This document shows, piece by piece, positions 24,958 to 32,751 of a stretch of DNA of 63,842 bases. Each line of letters starts with the position of its first letter. The stretch's first letter is position 1. Location of the stretch: assembly GCA_964557125.1 (NCBI GenBank), contig CAZKYX010000001.1, positions 1 through 63,842 of the forward strand, given 5' to 3'. Under the pieces are notes generated by a model, which saw nothing but the letters and a program-made list of their open reading frames with translations, had not been told where the DNA came from and made no database searches. This stretch comes from an uncultured Gammaproteobacteria bacterium (lineage in GTDB: Bacteria; Patescibacteriota; Microgenomatia; Levybacterales; GWA1-39-11). The position numbers and the translations under genes are program-made.

Positions 24958-25742
24958 ATATCCTTCAACTCTGCTCCAGTTGGAGTTGAGAACATGGTTT
25001 CAGGGCCTGTTGCAATGGTTCTCATTACATCAGGAAAAGCATCCGCACCAATGGCAATGGTATAGACCGTTACTCCAAGAGCTTTTATTTCATCAGCTGG
25101 ATTCGGTACTGCTGCATTGGGATATTGTGAGTTGGGATCTTTGTTGCTTCCGTCAACCGGTCTTCCGTCTGACACGAAGATGTAGGAAAATTGTTTGTCA
25201 GGATAATCCGTGACTGCTTTCTCAAGGATTGTTTTTGAAAAGAAAAGTGCGTCTCTGGTTGGGGTTGCATCCCGTGGGGTTAAGGCGGAAATCTTGGCGG
25301 CTACTTCTGCTTTTACGTCTCCGTATCGGCTCACTTTTACCTCCTCAACGCGTGCAATTGTATCAAACGAATGAATACCTATTATTGACTCATCTGATAG
25401 ATTGGATGTATAGCCTAAAGCAGCTTCCTTTAAGCTAGCCATTTTAGTAATTGGATTTCCCATGGAGCCTGAGCGATCAAGCATCATAACGGTAGCAGAG
25501 GTCTGCGAGCACTCTTTAAATTTAATGGTACGCAGTTGTAGTCCTCTATCGCCTTCAGCGGAAGGCTCTTCGACAATAACTTCAATGTCCCCAGTCTCCC
25601 CCGGATCTGAAAGGGTAGATTTTGGAAGAACACCGCGAGTGAGAAGAACAGCAGCGCCAACTGCAAGAAGAATAAATGCTAGTACCATGAATTTTGCAGA
25701 TACTAACGAAACTGTAGGAGCAGCCACAACTTTACGACCCAT
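24915..25742 (-). CDS. von Willebrand factor type A domain protein, membrane anchored
   Basis: MIDAS motif MLDRSGSMG. N-terminal TM. Start moved to ATG 25742, which sits 6 nt after a TACAAT box. Confidence 0.8.
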   Translation of the reverse strand: MGRKVVAAPTVSLVSAKFMVLAFILLAVGAAVLLTRGVLPKSTLSDPGETGDIEVIVEEPSAEGDRGLQLRTIKFKECSQTSATVMMLDRSGSMGNPITKMASLKEAALGYTSNLSDESIIGIHSFDTIARVEEVKVSRYGDVKAEVAAKISALTPRDATPTRDALFFSKTILEKAVTDYPDKQFSYIFVSDGRPVDGSNKDPNSQYPNAAVPNPADEIKALGVTVYTIAIGADAFPDVMRTIATGPETMFSTPTGAELKDIYKKIATRQCNELK

Positions 25743-25748
25743 GCTTAC

Positions 25749-25778
25749 ATTGTAAGCACAGAAATTGATGGAAATCAA
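25749..25778 (-). promoter_or_regulatory. promoter: -35 TTGATT, 18 nt, -10 TACAAT, 6 nt before ATG 25742
   Basis: Read on the minus strand; leaderless geometry. Confidence 0.45.
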
Positions 25779-25803
25779 TTTCTGAACATTTAATGCCTAG
25801 TTC

Positions 25804-25832
25804 TTGATTCTTTACCTCATATTTGATATACT
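25804..25832 (+). promoter_or_regulatory. promoter: -35 TTGATT, 17 nt, -10 TATACT, upstream of rpsB
   Basis: Canonical spacing. ~75-nt leader containing AGGAAAAAAGGA before ATG 25910. Confidence 0.45.
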
Positions 25833-25909
25833 CTCAAACATTACACATGCTCTTGATTACTTCCTGGTTGTAATACACCTCAGGAGCAGAGGAAAAAAGG
25901 AATAAAAAT

Positions 25910-26728
25910 ATGAGACAAATCACATTAGAAGAATTATTGGAAGCTGGCTGTCATTTTGGACATCAAGTTAATAGACGCAATCCAAAATCAAACAGATATA
26001 TTTTTGAAGCCCGACAGGGTGTTCATATCATAAATCTTGAAGACACCCACAAAAAGCTCCTTGAAGCAGCTGAATTTTTGAAAAAATTAGCAGCAGCTGG
26101 AGGAACTATTATTGTTGTCGGTACAAAAAGACAAGCAAAAGTTATAGTTGAGGAAGAAGTAACAAGAGCACGAGAAGTAAATCCCGATAATATTCACTAT
26201 GTAAAATCCCGATGGATTGGTGGAATATTAACTAATTTTGGAGAAGTATCCAAAAACTTTAAAAGACTTCATGATCTTGAAAAAATCATTAATTCCCCAG
26301 ACCGCGGTGGATATACAAAAAGAGAAGTAGTGCTTTTTGAAAAAGAACTCCAAAAATTGAACGAATTTTATCAGGGAATTGCTGACATGAAGGGAATTCC
26401 AGCAGCTGTATTTATCATTGATACTCACGCAGAAGACACAGCAGTAAGAGAAGCATCAAGAACTGGAGTTACAACCGTTGGTATCACCGATACAAATTCA
26501 GACCCTACGGCAATAGATCACCCAATCCCTGCGAATGATGATGCAGTTGGTTCTATAAAATTAATTACTTCTTACCTTATCGACGCATGGATAGAAGGAA
26601 GCAAAGACAAAACCAAATCAGATAACGCAGCAGCGGAGTTAGCAGCAAAAGAGGCTGCAAAACAAGCTCAGGAAGCAGCAGCTGCAGCAGCTAAAGCTGA
26701 GAAAGAGGCAGCTAAGACAGCTGCATAA
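25910..26728 (+). CDS. rpsB: 30S ribosomal protein S2
   Basis: 272 aa. LLEAGCHFGHQ signature. Ala/Lys/Glu-rich C-terminal extension. Confidence 0.95.
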   Translation: MRQITLEELLEAGCHFGHQVNRRNPKSNRYIFEARQGVHIINLEDTHKKLLEAAEFLKKLAAAGGTIIVVGTKRQAKVIVEEEVTRAREVNPDNIHYVKSRWIGGILTNFGEVSKNFKRLHDLEKIINSPDRGGYTKREVVLFEKELQKLNEFYQGIADMKGIPAAVFIIDTHAEDTAVREASRTGVTTVGITDTNSDPTAIDHPIPANDDAVGSIKLITSYLIDAWIEGSKDKTKSDNAAAELAAKEAAKQAQEAAAAAAKAEKEAAKTAA

Positions 26729-26804
26729 TTTGAAATTTTAAATTTAGAATTTTAAATCAAATCCAAATTAATCAATTCATTAAAAATTGAATAAAAATTA
26801 AAAA

Positions 26805-27257
26805 ATGAATATTAGTGCAACGCAAATCAAGGAACTTAGAGAATTAACCCAAGCGGGTTTTGCCGATTGTAAAAACGCGCTTGAAGAAGCAGAGGGTGAT
26901 ATGAAAAAAGCTCAGGAAATTCTAAGAAAAAAAGGATTTGAAAAAGCTGCAAAAAAGGGAGATAGAGCAACAGGACAAGGACTTGTTGAAAGTTATGTTC
27001 ATCAAAATGGAAAAGTAGGAGTACTTGTTAGTCTTCTTTGCGAGACAGACTTTGTGGCAAGAACTGATGAATTCAAATTCCTAGCACACGAAATTGCCAT
27101 GCAGGTGGCTGCAATGAATCCAAAGGATACAGCTGCACTTCTCAAGCAAGAGTATATTCGAGATGGCTCAAGAACAATCAATGATTTAGTTACTGAAACC
27201 ATCGCAAAACTCGGTGAGAACATACAGCTTGGCAGTTTTTCAAGAGAAGAAGTTTAA
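26805..27257 (+). CDS. tsf: elongation factor Ts (short form, 150 aa)
   Basis: UBA-like N-terminus IKELRELTQAGFADCKNAL and core LLCETDFVARTDEF. Lacks the long C-terminal modules of E. coli-type EF-Ts. Confidence 0.85.
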   Translation: MNISATQIKELRELTQAGFADCKNALEEAEGDMKKAQEILRKKGFEKAAKKGDRATGQGLVESYVHQNGKVGVLVSLLCETDFVARTDEFKFLAHEIAMQVAAMNPKDTAALLKQEYIRDGSRTINDLVTETIAKLGENIQLGSFSREEV

Positions 27258-27377
27258 AACCTCGCAATTTCTAAGTACTAATTTCTAATTTCTAATTAAT
27301 TTTTTTAAATTCCTAATTTGGATTTGATTAGTAATTAGGGTAATTAGTAATTAGACATTTATATAACAACTTTTTCC

Positions 27378-27385
27378 TGTATAAT
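27378..27385 (+). promoter_or_regulatory. extended -10 TGTATAAT, 6 nt before ATG 27392
   Basis: Leaderless geometry read directly. Confidence 0.4.
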
Positions 27386-27391
27386 TATTGA

Positions 27392-28492
27392 ATGTTTGTA
27401 ACCATTCTAGTATTCGTTCTCATTCTCTCGGTACTCGTACTCGTTCATGAGTTCGGTCATTTTATTACTGCAAAGAAATTGGGAATAAAAGTAGAGGAGT
27501 TTGGAATAGGATTTCCTCCACGAGTATTTGGTAAAAAAATCGGCGAAACAGTGTACTCAGTAAATTTACTTCCCATTGGAGGCTTTGTGAAGTTGTATGG
27601 TGAGGATAATGCGGGTGGGGGGAGCATTAAAAAAACAACAGCAGCTGTACAAGCAGATTTGGAGCGCGCATTTTTTGCTAGGCCATTGTGGCAGCGGATG
27701 CTGGTAGTAACGGCTGGTGTTGTTATGAATTTTATTCTGGCAGTTGTCATTATTTCTTATCTTTTTGCGAGCCAAGGTGTTTCTGTTCCAACTGAGAATG
27801 TTGTCGTCACTGATGTTTTGAAAAATTCTCCAGCAGCGCTTGCAGGTCTTCAAAAAGACGACAGAATACTTTCTATCAACGGAATAAAACTTACTGAGAC
27901 TGAAGTATTTATAAGAGTCGCCCAGAGCAACAAAGGAAAAGAAGTTGTGCTTCAGGTTGATAGAGCGGGGAAGGTATCGAGCGTAACGGTGGTGCCACGT
28001 ATTAACTATCCAAAAGGAGAGGGACCAATTGGAGTTGGAATTTCCAATATAGAAATTAAAAAATATACATGGTATGAGGCTCCTTTTTATGGAACGGTAG
28101 AAGCACTCAAATTTACATGGCTTATTTTGCAAGGCTTGGGAACGATGGTTGGCGATTTGGTCTTTAGAGGAATAAAGCCCGAAGGAGTAGCAGGACCCAT
28201 CGGTGTTGCACAACTTACTGGTCAAGCAGTATCAGTTGGGTTTGCTGCCGTGCTTTGGTTCACAGCCCTCTTATCATTGAATCTTGCAGTGTTAAATATC
28301 TTGCCAATTCCAGCACTTGATGGAGGAAGATTTTTCTTTATGGTGATTGAGCTGGTAACAAGACGTAAGGTCAGTCAAAGGTATGAGTCACTTGCTCACG
28401 CAGTAGGGCTTGTGATGCTCCTTTCTCTTATGGTTGTTATCACTCTTCTTGATATCTCCCGCGTTGTGCAAGGGAAGAGTATACTACCTTAA
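27392..28492 (+). CDS. rseP: RIP metalloprotease RseP (M50 site-2 protease with PDZ domain)
   Basis: 366 aa. HEFGH at the N-terminal TM, a PDZ-like segment, and LNLAVLNILPIPALDGG. Confidence 0.85.
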   Translation: MFVTILVFVLILSVLVLVHEFGHFITAKKLGIKVEEFGIGFPPRVFGKKIGETVYSVNLLPIGGFVKLYGEDNAGGGSIKKTTAAVQADLERAFFARPLWQRMLVVTAGVVMNFILAVVIISYLFASQGVSVPTENVVVTDVLKNSPAALAGLQKDDRILSINGIKLTETEVFIRVAQSNKGKEVVLQVDRAGKVSSVTVVPRINYPKGEGPIGVGISNIEIKKYTWYEAPFYGTVEALKFTWLILQGLGTMVGDLVFRGIKPEGVAGPIGVAQLTGQAVSVGFAAVLWFTALLSLNLAVLNILPIPALDGGRFFFMVIELVTRRKVSQRYESLAHAVGLVMLLSLMVVITLLDISRVVQGKSILP

Positions 28493-28565
28493 GAATAAGC
28501 CAATATACAAATAATCCAATATACAAATAAACCAATATAAAAATAAACCAACATATAAATAGAGA

Positions 28566-28925
28566 ATGGTAAATAGGGAGAGGATTGATATATATAAAAG
28601 AATATTCGGTTTGGTTGTAAATGTAATAAAGGTTTTAAATCGAATTCCCAAAACTCCAACTAATTTAATAATTATTAATCAACTTACTCGTTCCGTTACT
28701 TCGATGGGTGCAAATGGAGAAGAGGCAGATGGTTCTTCCACTAAAAAAGATTTCGTTCATTGTTTTACAATTGTTAGAAAAGAAGGAAAAGAAACGCTTT
28801 TCTGGTTGAAGTTAATTTCTAGCACGAATACTGGTTTTGAAGATGATATAAATCCTTTGATTCAAGAAGGTAATGAAATTATCGCCATTGTAAGTACGAT
28901 AATAAAAAAAATCTTAGATAAATAA
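28566..28925 (+). CDS. four-helix-bundle protein (23S rRNA intervening-sequence protein family)
   Basis: 119 aa. Paralogous in pattern to 31567..31932 (QLTRS..S...N..EA; F...L.I...E..ET..WL). Confidence 0.75.
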   Translation: MVNRERIDIYKRIFGLVVNVIKVLNRIPKTPTNLIIINQLTRSVTSMGANGEEADGSSTKKDFVHCFTIVRKEGKETLFWLKLISSTNTGFEDDINPLIQEGNEIIAIVSTIIKKILDK

Positions 28926-29014
28926 ACTTCTTGATTGGATTATTCTTTATTTGTATATTTGTTTATTCATAATTGATATTTTGCAGTAGGTTTGCTATTC
29001 TTAACCGTACTTCT

Positions 29015-29581
29015 ATGGACGGTAATCAAATAATTTCACAAACAAGAAATCACATGCAAAAGGCCTTCGAGGTTTTAAAAGACGATTTCGGAACAGTTAA
29101 AACCGGCAAGGCTGCCCCCCAACTTGTTGAGAACGTGGTCATTAATGCATACCAAGGGTCTGCAAGACTTAAGGTTATGGAGCTAGCTACCATTCACGTG
29201 CAAGACACTCAAACGCTTATCATAACTCCTTTTGATCAAAGTGTTTTGGGAGAAATTGAAAAAGGGATTTCAGATTCTCAAATGGGATTAGGTCTTGCAG
29301 TAGCCGGTACCAATATTCGAGTAACCATTCCCCCGTTAACGCAGGAAAGGCGTGAGGAGTTTGTGAAATTAATTCACAAAAAGGCAGAGAATGGAAAGAT
29401 AATGATACGTCAAGCACGGCAAGAAGGAAAAGACTTTGTTAAGAAACTAAAAGACGATGGGCATATTTCTGAGGATGAAGTAGAGCGTCTTGAAAAAGAA
29501 ATTCAGAAGCTTACTGATGAAAATGTAGCAAAAATTGATGATGCTGCTGTCATGAAAGAAAAAGAGCTGATGACGGTATGA
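29015..29581 (+). CDS. frr: ribosome recycling factor
   Basis: 188 aa from ATG 29015. RRF pattern (VKTGKA.P.L...V.V..YG; IPPLTQERREE). The TTG 28973 extension lies in the repeat spacer. Confidence 0.9.
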   Translation: MDGNQIISQTRNHMQKAFEVLKDDFGTVKTGKAAPQLVENVVINAYQGSARLKVMELATIHVQDTQTLIITPFDQSVLGEIEKGISDSQMGLGLAVAGTNIRVTIPPLTQERREEFVKLIHKKAENGKIMIRQARQEGKDFVKKLKDDGHISEDEVERLEKEIQKLTDENVAKIDDAAVMKEKELMTV

Positions 29582-29663
29582 TAAATAGGTGCATGGTTAG
29601 ATTGTTGCATAGCTAAAAATATTTTAACCATTAACCATTTAGCCATTCGAGCCATTTATTTCC

Positions 29664-30272
29664 ATGAAAATTCCAAAAGCGATTGAAAATGTAATTGAAG
29701 GTTTTGAAAGACTCCCCGGCATTGGTCCAAAGTCGGCACAACGACTTGGGTTTTATTTATTACGTGTTCCCCAAAGTGATTTGGACGATTTTGCAGAGAG
29801 TCTTTCTAATCTTAAGAAAAATACTATGATGTGTAGTATTTGTAGCAATATTGGGAATGGGCAGTCTTGTGAGGTATGTGCTGACCCACAGCGCGACAGC
29901 ACAACAATCTGTGTGGTTGAGGATCCTCTTGATGTAATTGCGGTTGAAAAAAGTGGTAAGTATGATGGGCTGTATCACGTATTGCATGGAGTCATTGATC
30001 CCCTTAATTCAATAGGACCTGATGATATATTTATTCCACAATTAATTGCAAGAATTAAGAATAATGAATCAAGTATTAAGGAAATAATAGTTGCCACCAA
30101 TCCGACCATGGAGGGGGATGCAACCTCAATGTACCTTGTTAAAAAAATAAAGGAGCAAGAATCAAGTATAAAGGTCAGTAGGATAGGTCGCGGGTTGCCA
30201 ATGGGAGCTGACATAGAATACGCTGATGAGACAACAATTGGCAGGGCTCTTGAGGGAAGACGGGAATATTAG
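29664..30272 (+). CDS. recR: recombination protein RecR
   Basis: 202 aa. LPGIGPKSAQRL helix-hairpin-helix, C4 zinc finger CSICSN...CEVC, Toprim region. Confidence 0.9.
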   Translation: MKIPKAIENVIEGFERLPGIGPKSAQRLGFYLLRVPQSDLDDFAESLSNLKKNTMMCSICSNIGNGQSCEVCADPQRDSTTICVVEDPLDVIAVEKSGKYDGLYHVLHGVIDPLNSIGPDDIFIPQLIARIKNNESSIKEIIVATNPTMEGDATSMYLVKKIKEQESSIKVSRIGRGLPMGADIEYADETTIGRALEGRREY

Positions 30273-30300
30273 GTTTTAGGTTTTAGGTTGTAGGTTGTAG
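30271..30300 (+). repeat. heptad array AGGTTTT AGGTTTT AGGTTGT AGGTTGT AG, fused to the recR TAG stop
   Basis: The AG of the TAG stop (30270..30272) are the first bases of the array. Confidence 0.85.
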
Positions 30301-30353
30301 TAAAAATAAGAAGGGCTTCGAATAACTACGAACGAAGAACAAACCACGAATAA

Positions 30354-31499
30354 TTAGGATGTTTGGGCGCCGCCCAGAGGGCTCTGCTCGGCGGGCGTAT
30401 CTTCTGCGGGAGTTTCTGTGGCGTGAGCTTCTGTGGCGGAAGGGGTAGCGACTGGATTTGTCCATGAGGGGCTTACGCCTCCCATTGGATTTGCAAGACC
30501 TGCTGCGGGAGCTTTTGGTGTTTCTGTTGCTGCGGGAGCTGCTTCTTCAGTAACTGGTGTTGCGATAGGCTCAGGCTGTAAGATGCTTGGCATCTCAGGC
30601 ATTGTTGGATTTACTATGGCAGCAGGTACTTCTGTAACTGGAGCGGAATCAGTTTTAGGAGCGGCGTCGGGAGCGCTGGCGTCGCCCAGAGGGCTTTGCC
30701 CGGCGGGAGCTATGTTATCCATAGTTGTTGCAAGAGATCGTCCGTCTGTTGCCGAGACAGGCGCTGTAGGAGCTTCAACCGGAGTGGCAGGTGTTTCTGC
30801 TGCTGGAGTTACTTCAGGTGTTATTTCCGCAGGAGCTGGCCAAGCTGGAGCGACTGGTGCGGCAGGCTCGCCCAGAGGGCTCTGCTCGGCGGGGGTTTCG
30901 ACAGCAGCGGGTTTTGCAGCTGGAGTAGTTGCGGCAGGAGAAATTGTTGCGTCATCTGTTGTCGTATTTGCTGGTCCTGATGCATTTGCTGTTGCTGGTT
31001 CTTCGAGAGCAGAAGTAATTCCGCTCGACGGAGCGCTTGCTTCAGGAGATGCACCGGTTGTGGTAGCTGGAGCGCTTGCTTCAGGAGAAGCGGGTGCTCC
31101 TCCCCAAAGACTTGCTGCTGGAACAACAGGCTCTGGACTTGCGCTCTTTGCTGCTTCTGGTGCTGGTGTTCCCCAAGAGGATGCGGGAGCGGCTTCAGTT
31201 GCAGGTTTTGGTGCCTCAACAGGTACCCCCCAAGAAGTAGCTGGTGCAGGTGCTGCGGCTGCTGCTGTTTCAGAACCAACAGCTGACAATCCACCAAGTC
31301 CTGATGTTTCAGGAGCTGCTGGAGTGCTGACTGGTGCAACAATAGGAGTGGTGTCAGGAGTTACTGATGTTGCAGGTACTGCTGCTGCGGGTTTTTTAGC
31401 CAAAGATGGAAAAACTTTATGTAGCCAAGGTGTCTTTTCTTGTGTAGGTGCGGGTGCTACTGCAACTGTGGACTGTTCTGGGCTATCGTTGTTATTCAT
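30354..31499 (-). CDS. Ala/Pro/Thr/Glu-rich low-complexity (likely disordered) protein
   Basis: 381-aa ORF in a locally GC-rich segment. A TTGACA box lies upstream on the minus strand. Contains three REP-encoded (A/P)(E/G)QSPLG peptides. The opposite strand is also open, so the coding status is uncertain. Confidence 0.45.
   Translation of the reverse strand: MNNNDSPEQSTVAVAPAPTQEKTPWLHKVFPSLAKKPAAAVPATSVTPDTTPIVAPVSTPAAPETSGLGGLSAVGSETAAAAAPAPATSWGVPVEAPKPATEAAPASSWGTPAPEAAKSASPEPVVPAASLWGGAPASPEASAPATTTGASPEASAPSSGITSALEEPATANASGPANTTTDDATISPAATTPAAKPAAVETPAEQSPLGEPAAPVAPAWPAPAEITPEVTPAAETPATPVEAPTAPVSATDGRSLATTMDNIAPAGQSPLGDASAPDAAPKTDSAPVTEVPAAIVNPTMPEMPSILQPEPIATPVTEEAAPAATETPKAPAAGLANPMGGVSPSWTNPVATPSATEAHATETPAEDTPAEQSPLGGAQTS
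30366..30395 (+). repeat. GC-rich REP element inside a CDS (encodes AEQSPLGGA on the minus strand)
   Basis: GGCGCCGCCCAGAGGGCTCTGCTCGGCGGG. Confidence 0.85.
30679..30708 (+). repeat. GC-rich REP element inside a CDS (encodes AGQSPLGDA)
   Basis: GGCGTCGCCCAGAGGGCTTTGCCCGGCGGG. Confidence 0.8.
30866..30893 (+). repeat. GC-rich REP element inside a CDS (encodes AEQSPLGEP)
   Basis: GGCTCGCCCAGAGGGCTCTGCTCGGCGGG. Confidence 0.8.
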
Positions 31500-31566
31500 A
31501 CAATATTCAGACTACAGTATTTGAAATATATTTGTCAAGAGAAGTTTAGGTTTTGGGTTGCAGGTT

Positions 31567-31932
31567 TTAGGTTTTGGAAGAAAAAGAAAGCTTTTTAATA
31601 AGAGCATTAAGCATCTTAGAGATAATCGTAATTTGGTCTAACAAATTTTCATACTCGGTTTTATTAACATAACCTATTCGATTTGCTATGATAATTTGTG
31701 TTTCAAGTTCTGCACAAGAACCATAAGAGATTCTTAAAAACTGAATGTACTCTTTCAGGGAGCCTCTTTTTTGACCCTCTGCGATATTAGAAGGAATCGA
31801 AACAGCGCATCTGGTCATTTGAGAAGTCAAGCCAAACTGTTCTTTAACAGGAAAATTTCGTGTCAGTGTGTAAATATCTTCGCATAGCTCAATTGCCTTT
31901 GTCCAAACAAGAAGGTCCTTATAAGAGCTCAT
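31567..31932 (-). CDS. four-helix-bundle protein (23S rRNA intervening-sequence protein family)
   Basis: 121 aa. Q..R...SI..NIAEG and F..IS.GS..ELETQ motifs typical of the family. Confidence 0.8.
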   Translation of the reverse strand: MSSYKDLLVWTKAIELCEDIYTLTRNFPVKEQFGLTSQMTRCAVSIPSNIAEGQKRGSLKEYIQFLRISYGSCAELETQIIIANRIGYVNKTEYENLLDQITIISKMLNALIKKLSFSSKT

Positions 31933-31938
31933 GTATTA

Positions 31939-31944
31939 ACTATA
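31939..31944 (-). promoter_or_regulatory. -10 TATAGT, 6 nt before ATG 31932
   Basis: Leaderless geometry on the minus strand. Confidence 0.35.
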
Positions 31945-31976
31945 ACCTAAAACCCAAAACCTGAAACCTGAAACCT
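31942..31976 (+). repeat. heptad array (C-rich on the plus strand), fused to the TAG stop of 31975..32739
   Basis: ATAACCTAAAACCCAAAACCTGAAACCTGAAACCT. Inverted relative to the array at 31544..31577. Confidence 0.85.
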
Positions 31977-32739
31977 ATGCATCTCCTTTGTGCCAGGTGG
32001 CATTTTTAATGAGAGGGGCGTAGAGGTCGTCTTCAATATCTATGTGTAGTTGTTTTATTTCTTCCTCAGTAGGATTTCTGTCTTGAAAGGCAACGTAGTC
32101 AACATCGGTAATAAGAGCGAGTGGGGTTTGCTCTTGACCCTCACCCATGACACTTACTGCTGCAGCAGCAAGCCCATCCATGACATTTGATTGGGTTACG
32201 CGCATTTCGCGGCCAAACAAATCTGAAACACCCATATAATTATTAAGGGCTGCAAATCCGGAGTGTGCAATCGCTGCACCCGTTGTTCCCCAGCGAAGCG
32301 GAGTGGTCTTGCTGTCAGTAATAAGAACTCCTATATTTTTTAGGTTAAACTTTTGTGAAAGGTGTTCACGAATCCGATTCGCTGTTGTTTGAGCGTCTTT
32401 TGGCCAGAGAATGTAGTATCCATTGCCGTTGCTTTCATCAATCCCCGCAGTAGGTATGAGTAGGTTGTGAGTGATGGTGAGATAGAATCCATATTTGTTT
32501 TCGGATGCATCCAGATATCGTTCGCTTTCCTCTTTAACAAGCTGTGCCTTATCTTCCCTTTCAGTCTCGTGATTAATTTTTTGAATTCTCCCTTCGCAAA
32601 TCGAGATAATTTTAGAAGTAACGACAAGTACAGAGTTCTCTTCGAGAGTTAAGACATATTTGTCTATGACTGAAAATATATCAGTATCTTTTTCTGTAAT
32701 TTTGTGAGTTTTTATGGCTTTAATATTCATGTGTGCCAA
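31975..32739 (-). CDS. CofE-like gamma-glutamyl ligase (F420-0:L-glutamate ligase family)
   Basis: 254 aa. LLIPTAGIDESNG and ITDSKTTPLRWG motifs typical of the CofE family. Confidence 0.7.
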   Translation of the reverse strand: MAHMNIKAIKTHKITEKDTDIFSVIDKYVLTLEENSVLVVTSKIISICEGRIQKINHETEREDKAQLVKEESERYLDASENKYGFYLTITHNLLIPTAGIDESNGNGYYILWPKDAQTTANRIREHLSQKFNLKNIGVLITDSKTTPLRWGTTGAAIAHSGFAALNNYMGVSDLFGREMRVTQSNVMDGLAAAAVSVMGEGQEQTPLALITDVDYVAFQDRNPTEEEIKQLHIDIEDDLYAPLIKNATWHKGDA

Positions 32740-32751
32740 TTATACAAAAAA

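Noticed and set aside
24757-25213. Plus-strand ORFs 24757..24957 and 24794..25213 with internally repeated peptides.
   Set aside because: They are created by reading through the 72-bp tandem repeat and the antisense strand of the vWA gene.
27566-28225. 219-aa minus-strand ORF antisense to rseP. Similar long antisense ORFs lie at 37993..38475 (MFS), 15422..15775, 6268..6597 and 52314..52921.
   Set aside because: They lie wholly inside well-supported genes on the other strand and have unnatural composition (Cys/Asn/Ile/Ser-rich).
30433-31524. 363-aa plus-strand ORF (Ala/Gly/Val-rich) overlapping the Ala/Pro/Thr-rich minus-strand ORF.
   Set aside because: In GC-rich low-complexity sequence both strands stay open. 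The minus-strand product has a normal N-terminus, an upstream TTGACA box and REP peptides in the same orientation as in another gene. The call remains uncertain.
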